Translations under genes and position numbers: made by a program
Assembly: GCA_030830305.1 (NCBI GenBank)
Contig: JAURNI010000072.1
Coordinates: 1-42,570, forward strand
From: Alphaproteobacteria bacterium
Lineage (GTDB): Bacteria > Pseudomonadota > Alphaproteobacteria > Rickettsiales > Deianiraeaceae
Direction: 5' to 3'
Length of the DNA stretch: 42,570 bases
Part shown: piece by piece, positions 36,691 through 42,570 of the stretch
How positions within the stretch are numbered: position 1 is the first letter of the stretch
Layout: every line of letters starts with the position of its first letter
The notes under the pieces: model-generated
What the model saw: only the letters and a program-made list of their open reading frames with translations
Told to the model about the DNA's origin: nothing
Database searches by the model: none

Positions 36691-37119
36691 TTAATTGCCT
36701 TCGGATATTGCAGAAAACCTTCTTTTAACAAGGGAACATTCTACTGGCATTTTGTGTTTAATTTGTACAAATAGTTCTTTTGCATCTTCTTGTGAAATGC
36801 CATCAACTTCGAACAGTACAGTGCCGGCAGCAATTGAGGCAACGTAGAATTCTACTCCACCCTTACCACCACCCATACGAACACCAATTGGTTTTTGTGT
36901 TACAGGTAAATGAGGGAATATTCTGATAATTACACGACCAGTTTTTTTAATTTTTTTAGCTAAAATACGACGAATTGTTTCAATTTGTTTACCAGTCACT
37001 CTACCAGATGATATTGCTTTAATCGCGTACTCACCAAACGAAACATCACAACCAGAAGTTGCAATTTTTGCAGGTATAACTTTACGAAATTTTCTATACT
37101 TGGTTCTTGCAGGTTGCAT
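36691..37119 (-). CDS. rplP: 50S ribosomal protein L16
   Basis: MQPARTKYRKFRK and IRIFPHLPVTQKPIGVRMGGGKGGVEFYVA are typical of L16. Confidence 0.95.
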   Translation of the reverse strand: MQPARTKYRKFRKVIPAKIATSGCDVSFGEYAIKAISSGRVTGKQIETIRRILAKKIKKTGRVIIRIFPHLPVTQKPIGVRMGGGKGGVEFYVASIAAGTVLFEVDGISQEDAKELFVQIKHKMPVECSLVKRRFSAISEGN

Positions 37120-37136
37120 ATTTTTTTTAAAAATTA

Positions 37137-37751
37137 TTATTTATTACAAATCCAAACTTTAATTCCAATCACACCATATGTTGTGTGTGCTTCTACAAGA
37201 GCGTAGTCAACTTTTGCACGGATAGTATGAAGAGGAACTGTACCTTCTTTGTATGTTTCAGATCTGGCAATCTCTGCACCTGCAAGTCTACCAGAGCACA
37301 TGATTTTTATACCAACGGCACCAAAGTGCATAACATCTGTTAAAGTTTTTTTTACAACTCTTACATAAGATGCTCTGCGTTCAATTTGATTGGCAATCGA
37401 TATTGCAACAAGTTTAGCCGAAAGCATAGGAGATTTCACATCAACAACATTAAGCGAAACTTTTTTGCCAGTAATCTGTTGAAGTTTTTCAACAACATTT
37501 TCAATGCCACCCATAGCTTTTTTAACAAAAAATCCAGGCTTGCTTGTATGTACTGTAATAAATGTTTTGTTGATTACACGATCTATTGAAACATTCTGTA
37601 TGAAATATTGCTTTTCCATTTCATGAAAAAAGTGTTGTATAGCAAGATCTTGTTGAACATTTTGTGCGTAATTTTTTTCTGAAAACCACTTTGAAGACCA
37701 GTTGTTATTTGTTTGTATCCTAAAAGATAAAGGATTGACCTTTTGACCCAT
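37137..37751 (-). CDS. rpsC: 30S ribosomal protein S3
   Basis: MGQKVNPLSFRIQTNNNWSSKWF and GRLAGAEIARSETYKEGTVPLHTIRAKVDYA. At 204 aa it lacks the long C-terminal tail. Confidence 0.95.
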   Translation of the reverse strand: MGQKVNPLSFRIQTNNNWSSKWFSEKNYAQNVQQDLAIQHFFHEMEKQYFIQNVSIDRVINKTFITVHTSKPGFFVKKAMGGIENVVEKLQQITGKKVSLNVVDVKSPMLSAKLVAISIANQIERRASYVRVVKKTLTDVMHFGAVGIKIMCSGRLAGAEIARSETYKEGTVPLHTIRAKVDYALVEAHTTYGVIGIKVWICNK

Positions 37752-37759
37752 AATTTTTA

Positions 37760-38098
37760 CTAATTAGTTTGAGATTTTAAAGTAACTGTAATATTTGAAT
37801 AGTGTTTACGCACAGGTGCAGACCTGCCACGACCTCTTGGGTGAAATCTTTTTAATCTTGTTGCAGGACCAACATTAATTTTGTCAATAACTAAAGAATC
37901 TGGATCTGTATTATGATTGTTTTCAGCGTTTGCAATTGCAGAAAGAAGTACTTTGTATAAAATTTGACACGATTTTTGTACTTGAAACATCAAAATTGTT
38001 GATGCTTCAGAAGATTTCATTCCACCACGAACAAGATTGCACGCCAAAGAAAGTTTTCTATGGCTTATTGGTGCTCTTTTGAGAGTTGCTGTAGTCAT
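37760..38098 (-). CDS. rplV: 50S ribosomal protein L22
   Basis: 112 aa. ISHRKLSLACNLVRG and KRFHPRGRGRSAPVRKHYSNITV are present, and it sits between rpsS and rpsC. Confidence 0.93.
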   Translation of the reverse strand: MTTATLKRAPISHRKLSLACNLVRGGMKSSEASTILMFQVQKSCQILYKVLLSAIANAENNHNTDPDSLVIDKINVGPATRLKRFHPRGRGRSAPVRKHYSNITVTLKSQTN

Positions 38099-38102
38099 AT
38101 AT

Positions 38103-38390
38103 CTACTTATTATTACTTAGTTTTGCGTTAACTTTTACTTTGTGTACAGGTGCTTTTCTTGTTGGTGAAAATTCACCAAGCTTATGACCAACTTTGTCTT
38201 CCGTTATTTTTACAACAATAAACTGCTTACCATTGTGAACTGCAATGTCGTGACCAACTAGTTGCGGATATATATACGATGATCGAGAGTATGTTTTAAT
38301 TGATTTTCCGGGTTTAGATTCGGTGCTAAGTGCTTTTTTTAATAATTTAGCACATATAAACGGAGGTTTTTTTTGTGTTCTAGATGACAT
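38103..38390 (-). CDS. rpsS: 30S ribosomal protein S19
   Basis: [48 protein letters not shown] is canonical S19. Confidence 0.95.
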   Translation of the reverse strand: MSSRTQKKPPFICAKLLKKALSTESKPGKSIKTYSRSSYIYPQLVGHDIAVHNGKQFIVVKITEDKVGHKLGEFSPTRKAPVHKVKVNAKLSNNK

Positions 38391-38399
38391 ATTGAACTA

Positions 38400-39227
38400 T
38401 TACTTACTACGTTTTTTTACAATAAATTTGTTGGTAATTTTATTTTTTTTACGGGTTTTATATCCCTTTGTTGGTTTGCCCCATGGTGTCACAGGTGCGC
38501 CACCTGTACCAGTTTTACCTTCACCACCACCATGTGGGTGGTCAATTGGGTTCATTGCAACACCCCTGACTGTTGGACGAATTCCCATCCATCTTTTTCT
38601 TCCAGCTTTACCAATTGAGACATTTTTATAATCCGGGTTTGATACTGCACCAATTGTTGCAAAGCATAAAATAGGAACGTACCTTACTTCTCCAGAAGGC
38701 ATACGAATCATTGCATTTTCATCGTCTTTTGAGATTAATGTTCCAAAAGCCCCTGCGGAACGTACAATCTTTCCACCTGCTCCAGGTTTTAATTCTATAT
38801 TATGAATATTAAGACCAAGAGGAATAAACTGCAATGGCATTGTGTTTCCATTTGTAAAATCACATTCCTGACGAGATGATGTTATGGTTTGACCAACAGT
38901 AATACCTTGAAAAGCTATAATATATTCATGACTTCCATCGGAATTCTGAAGTAAAGATATAAAACAGTTACGATTCGGATCGTATTCTATTGTTTTTACT
39001 GTAGAATCACCAAAAAACTGTCTTTTAAAACTGATATGACGATATAACTTTTTGTGACCACCACCCTTATGGCGACACGATATATGTCCGAACGAGTCTC
39101 TTCCGTTGGAAGATTTAAGTGGTGATGTAAGCTTTTTATATGGCTTGTTTGTAGTAGTAAATTGTTTTGTGTCAATCTGTACCAAAAAGCGAGTTCCCGG
39201 TGTAACAGGTTTAGATTGTTTTAACAT
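38400..39227 (-). CDS. rplB: 50S ribosomal protein L2
   Basis: 275 aa. Contains RHKGGGHKKLYR, IELKPGAGGKIVRSAG and MNPIDHPHGGGEGKT. Confidence 0.97.
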   Translation of the reverse strand: MLKQSKPVTPGTRFLVQIDTKQFTTTNKPYKKLTSPLKSSNGRDSFGHISCRHKGGGHKKLYRHISFKRQFFGDSTVKTIEYDPNRNCFISLLQNSDGSHEYIIAFQGITVGQTITSSRQECDFTNGNTMPLQFIPLGLNIHNIELKPGAGGKIVRSAGAFGTLISKDDENAMIRMPSGEVRYVPILCFATIGAVSNPDYKNVSIGKAGRKRWMGIRPTVRGVAMNPIDHPHGGGEGKTGTGGAPVTPWGKPTKGYKTRKKNKITNKFIVKKRSK

Positions 39228-39242
39228 GTGCAGTCAAATACT

Positions 39243-39530
39243 TCAATTTTTTATATGATTTAATTCTTTTCCTTGCGGAAGGAGTATAAAAAACTTTTTC
39301 ATTTTTACTCTTCTTGAGGTTCTTGTTTTTCTGTTGTTAATTACTTTTGTAAAAGTCAAGCTATTAATTTTTTCAGGTTTAAAACCAAAAGACTTGAGAA
39401 ACAAAGACTCTAAAGAATGTTTTGTAACGTTTGGAAGAGTGATAAATGTTCTAAGATTTTTTTCTGTCAAATGCTTTTGAGATTTTTCTGTATTAACCTC
39501 TTTTTTAATGATTGTATAAAACTTATCCAT
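39243..39530 (-). CDS. rplW: 50S ribosomal protein L23
   Basis: 95 aa in the conserved slot between rplD and rplB. The sequence is divergent, but length and position fit. Confidence 0.85.
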   Translation of the reverse strand: MDKFYTIIKKEVNTEKSQKHLTEKNLRTFITLPNVTKHSLESLFLKSFGFKPEKINSLTFTKVINNRKTRTSRRVKMKKFFILLPQGKELNHIKN

Positions 39531-39534
39531 AATT

Positions 39535-40164
39535 TTATGATAACACTTGGGTTAATTTTTGAAAGGATTTCTTTGTAAACACTAAGTTATCGTATTTTAC
39601 AATTTCATGTATGTGAAAAAAATCATTTGAATAAATCCCGATATTTTTTAGGTTTGAAAATGATTTTAAGGATTCATAAGGAATTTCATTATCATGGATA
39701 ATTGCAACATAACCTTGTAGACCAAGGTTATCCAATGAAGCTTTAGCATCTTTTGTTTTAAATGAAGATACGGAAATCTCATCAACAATTGTAATGCATC
39801 CAGAAAGTAATAACTTTGATATCAACACTTTTCTTGCATGCAGTCTTTCTTTTTTGTTAATTTTATATCCAGCGGTTATTGGTTTTGGTCCGAAAATAAT
39901 ACCGCCACCACGGTATTGGGGAGAACGCAAAGAACCTTGTCTTGCATTACCTGTACCCTTTTGTTTGTATGGTTTTTTTGTTGTTCCAGAGACATCGGAA
40001 ATACCTTTGGTTGATGCAGTTTTTATAAATGATATTTTTTTAGATATATAGTGAACACGAGATATAGGCTGACCGCTCGCATCTTTATATTTTTCAACAA
40101 AATCAGGAAACGGGAGTGTCTCAACCGTATTTTTTGTTTTAAAATTAAGTACTGAAATAGACAT
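39535..40164 (-). CDS. rplD: 50S ribosomal protein L4
   Basis: KPYKQKGTGNARQGSLRSPQYRGGGIIFGPKP is canonical L4. Confidence 0.95.
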   Translation of the reverse strand: MSISVLNFKTKNTVETLPFPDFVEKYKDASGQPISRVHYISKKISFIKTASTKGISDVSGTTKKPYKQKGTGNARQGSLRSPQYRGGGIIFGPKPITAGYKINKKERLHARKVLISKLLLSGCITIVDEISVSSFKTKDAKASLDNLGLQGYVAIIHDNEIPYESLKSFSNLKNIGIYSNDFFHIHEIVKYDNLVFTKKSFQKLTQVLS

Positions 40165-40166
40165 TT

Positions 40167-40853
40167 CTAAAATATTAAATTAATGTTATTTACTCTTGTA
40201 AACGATTCTAATCTACCCATTTTTATTGAGTCGTTGATAAAAACATAAGAATTTTTATGTCCAGGAATTGCACCGCGTACTGCAATAACTTTAAGTTCTT
40301 TATCAACAGATATAATTTGCAAGTTTTGAACAGTATTACTGGTTTCACCAAGGTGACCAGCCATTTTTTTCCCCTTAAAAACACGACCGGGATCCTGTCT
40401 CTGACCTGTTGAACCGTGTGATCTGTGTGATACTGACACACCGTGTGATGCTTCTAAACCAGCAAAATTCCATCTCTTCATTGCACCTGCAAACCCTTTA
40501 CCAATTGTAATACCTGATACATCAACAAATCTTTCTTCTAATCCATCAAAAATATCGTTATTTGTCTTTTCAAAAGATTTTAAAGTATTTCGAGACTCAA
40601 CTCTAACTTCAAATAATCTTTCTTTTGGTTGTAGATCAAGTTTTTTAAATTGCACCAAAAGAGGTTTTGCAGTATTTTTTTCTTTTTTAATATCACCTGC
40701 ACTGAAGATAATAGCATTATATCCGTCTTTTTCCAGAGTTTTTAAGCCAAAAACATCATGATCTACAATTTCTACAAGTGTTACAGGAATAGTATTACTA
40801 CCACTTTTTATTTGAGTCATGCCTATTTTTTTTCCAAGGAGAGAAATTCTCAT
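40167..40853 (-). CDS. rplC: 50S ribosomal protein L3
   Basis: GKKIGMTQI and GKGFAGAMKRWNFAGLEASHGVSVSHRSHGSTGQRQDPGRVFKGKKMAGHLG are canonical L3. Confidence 0.96.
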   Translation of the reverse strand: MRISLLGKKIGMTQIKSGSNTIPVTLVEIVDHDVFGLKTLEKDGYNAIIFSAGDIKKEKNTAKPLLVQFKKLDLQPKERLFEVRVESRNTLKSFEKTNNDIFDGLEERFVDVSGITIGKGFAGAMKRWNFAGLEASHGVSVSHRSHGSTGQRQDPGRVFKGKKMAGHLGETSNTVQNLQIISVDKELKVIAVRGAIPGHKNSYVFINDSIKMGRLESFTRVNNINLIF

Positions 40854-40870
40854 ACTTTAATAACAATACT

Positions 40871-41242
40871 TTATTTATTTAGTTTTATTTCTGCATCAAT
40901 ACCAGCAGGTAAGTCAATATTAGCAAGTTGTTCTGTTATTTCTTGTGAAACATTAACAATTTCAATGAGACGTCTAAATTTACGAATTTCAAACTGCTCC
41001 ATAGATTTCTTGTTTACATGAGGAGATCTGTTAACTGTGATTTTATCAATCTTGTTTGGAAGTGGAATTGGACCCTTAATGATGCCACCAACACGCTTAA
41101 CATGATTAACAATTTGCGTAATTGATTTATCCAAAAGTTTGCTGTCAAATGCAGAAAATCTAATTCTTATATTTCCACGCTTTAAAACACTTTCTTTGGT
41201 TGTAGCAGAAGAACTTTGTGATGTCATATCAACAATAAACAT
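40871..41242 (-). CDS. rpsJ: 30S ribosomal protein S10
   Basis: IRIRFSAFDSKLLDKS, GPIPLPNKIDKITVNRSPHVNKKSMEQFEIRKFRRLIEI and DLPAGIDAEIKL. A GGAG lies 5 nt upstream of the ATG at 41242. Compared with typical S10, the N-terminus is about 18 aa longer. Confidence 0.93.
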   Translation of the reverse strand: MFIVDMTSQSSSATTKESVLKRGNIRIRFSAFDSKLLDKSITQIVNHVKRVGGIIKGPIPLPNKIDKITVNRSPHVNKKSMEQFEIRKFRRLIEIVNVSQEITEQLANIDLPAGIDAEIKLNK

Positions 41243-41784
41243 TATAACTCCACTTCACATATAACTTTTTATTATAAGTCAAGCACTTTTTCAAAAAAAA
41301 TTTAACTTAGTATCCAACAAGATTTCCAACAAAGCTATCAAAACCATTATTAGATTCATAATTCATTATTATAATGGGGTTTAATGGTGTAAGATAAATT
41401 ATTTTTTCAGTGAGACATGAATATCAAACCGTTCTAACATCTACTGTCATTAATCAAAATAGTGATTCACTAATTACAATTTCAACCAAATCTTAACGCA
41501 TCAAGAACAAGAATTTGATCATAACCACTCTATTCATGCATAACAACGCCAGTTATTCAGTATATAGTAAATATTTTGACATACTATTACTTTTGTTAAT
41601 ACATTAACGATCTGAATTATTTAAGGGTTTGGAACCTTTCCTGGTGGAGCAAAGAAAAAGGTAATTTTTTGAATAATATACTGTGTATAGTGCCACAAAA
41701 ACAGATGCAAACAATAAAACAAAAAAAGTTGAGAAATTTTTCTTGTTTCGGCAGATAAAAGTACACGAAATAGAATGTCAATCG

Positions 41785-41870
41785 TGGTGGGCAGGGCAGG
41801 ATTCGAACCTGCGTAGACTTGCGTCGGCAGATTTACAGTCTGCTGCGATTGGCCACTCCGCCACCTACCC
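41785..41870 (-). tRNA. tRNA-Tyr (anticodon GTA), class II long variable arm, CCA encoded
   Basis: The reverse complement reads GGGTAGGTGGCGGAGTGGCCAATCGCAGCAGACTGTAAATCTGCCGACGCAAGTCTACGCAGGTTCGAATCCTGCCCTGCCCACCA. It has a 7-bp acceptor stem (one G-U pair) and an anticodon arm GCAGA-CTGTAAA-TCTGC identical to E. coli tRNA-Tyr. The T arm is GCAGG-TTCGAAT-CCTGC. Confidence 0.94.
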
Positions 41871-41885
41871 AGTTTTATTGGAAAG

Positions 41886-41914
41886 TTTATATAAATCGGT
41901 TTTTATAATGTCAA
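41886..41914 (-). promoter_or_regulatory. candidate sigma70-type promoter for tRNA-Tyr
   Basis: On the minus strand: TTGACA (41914-41909), a 17-nt spacer, then TATAAA (41891-41886). The -10 ends 15 nt upstream of the mature tRNA 5' end, just after the stop of the upstream ORF. Confidence 0.45.
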
Positions 41915-41917
41915 GCT

Positions 41918-42499
41918 TTATATCATATCAATGATATCCGATATACTCTTAATATTGCTTTGCTTGGTAACTTTGTTATCTATGTGATTTTCCATTTTAA
42001 AATATGTTTTTTGTTTTACTTGTTCTACAATATCTTCAGATATAGAATACTTTTCTGCAACTTTTTCTTGTGATAAATACATTTCTATTAAATTATGATA
42101 AATATTGGTAATATCTTGTTTGTTATGAATTTGCTTAAGAAGTTCTTGAGCATTTTGGTTAGAAATTGATCTAATCATTTTCAGAATGGCAATAAGCTCT
42201 TCTTCTGTGAAATTAAATCGTACAACATTTGTTTCTGAGTATAATGCTCGTAATGATGGAAGGTTATCAATCTTATTTTCCACTACAATCTCTTGCGTTG
42301 GTTTGTGTGATATTTTAAAAAAAATAGACTGCTTTAGTATACCGGAGTTTTTATGTTGATAGCTAAGATGTTGTTCAAGAGCGGTAACTGCACCAGTGAT
42401 AAAAATATAACCTGTTAAAATTCCAAGTATTATTCCTACAATCTTTTTTGTGTAAGATGAAAACTGTGGAAGGAAGAATCTTTCTTGAATGCGTACCAT
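41918..42499 (-). CDS. hypothetical single-pass membrane protein (ORFan)
   Basis: 193 aa. One TM helix sits near the N-terminus (IVGIILGILTGYIFITGAVTA), followed by a helical, charged domain. No family recognised. Confidence 0.45.
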   Translation of the reverse strand: MVRIQERFFLPQFSSYTKKIVGIILGILTGYIFITGAVTALEQHLSYQHKNSGILKQSIFFKISHKPTQEIVVENKIDNLPSLRALYSETNVVRFNFTEEELIAILKMIRSISNQNAQELLKQIHNKQDITNIYHNLIEMYLSQEKVAEKYSISEDIVEQVKQKTYFKMENHIDNKVTKQSNIKSISDIIDMI

Positions 42500-42570
42500 T
42501 ATAAAAGTAAGTGATTTATGAAATAGTGTTATTAAAGAAAGGTTGATTAATAAAATTGTTATTAATCCCG

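Noticed and set aside
41642-41650. TGGTGGAGC (GCTCCACCA on the minus strand), reminiscent of a tmRNA or tRNA-Ala 3' acceptor end inside the long spacer.
   Set aside because: There is no T-arm (GGTTCGAATCC-like) next to it on either side and no complementary 5' acceptor strand. It is most likely a chance 9-mer.
41683-41934. Track ORF 41683..41934 (+, 83 aa).
   Set aside because: It runs antisense straight through tRNA-Tyr and its putative promoter, so it is an artefact.
1-42570. A search for CRISPR arrays, IS elements or transposases, integrases, prophage structural genes, rRNA genes, and long antisense ORFs within rpoB, rpoC, infB, the RND gene, mnmE and nusG. Examples of the latter are 3474..3974, 5838..6209, 8811..9209, 23388..23903 and 33568..34098.
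   Set aside because: I saw no regularly spaced direct repeats, and no DDE, tyrosine- or serine-recombinase motifs in any ORF. The antisense ORFs overlap strongly supported genes and have compositions typical of the antisense frame of AT-rich genes.

Overview
This is 42.6 kb of a strongly AT-rich, very gene-dense Gram-negative bacterial chromosome. It looks like a reduced, probably host-associated genome. L7/L12, the gene order and the TolC/RND/Fur content look alphaproteobacterium- or Rickettsiales-like, but that is inference only. Content in order: (1) the 3' end of an unknown gene. (2) An RNase P RNA that is absent from the ORF track. (3) A minus-strand operon of a membrane ORF, an mltB-like gene and a tolC-like gene. 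(4) A 13-kb gap-free plus-strand block: nusG-rplK-rplA-rplJ-rplL-rpoB-rpoC-orf84-bioA-(orphan N6-adenine methyltransferase)-orf77. (5) fabI-fabZ-fur. (6) aspS, divergent from infB-RND permease-putative lipoprotein. (7) An internally duplicated multi-pass transporter preceded by a Fur-box-like site. (8) An ORFan. (9) lepA. (10) A DUF2513-like protein plus a 2-TM membrane protein cassette, bracketed by a ~40-bp duplication of the bioC 5' end. (11) bioC and an HhH-GPD glycosylase. (12) tsaC. (13) A frameshifted mnmE. (14) An orphan, shortened sdhA sitting directly behind an S10 ribosomal operon that stops at rplP (rpsJ-rplC-rplD-rplW-rplB-rpsS-rplV-rpsC-rplP). (15) A 542-bp non-coding spacer. (16) tRNA-Tyr(GTA). 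(17) A final ORFan. I saw no rRNA, CRISPR array, transposase, integrase or phage structural gene. The window is mostly housekeeping. Two unexplained pieces look most like a system: the DUF2513-like plus membrane-protein insertion at bioC, and the translationally coupled orphan methyltransferase/orf77 pair riding on the rpoBC block. Neither can be shown to be a functional system from sequence alone. All family calls come from reading the translations, with no database search.
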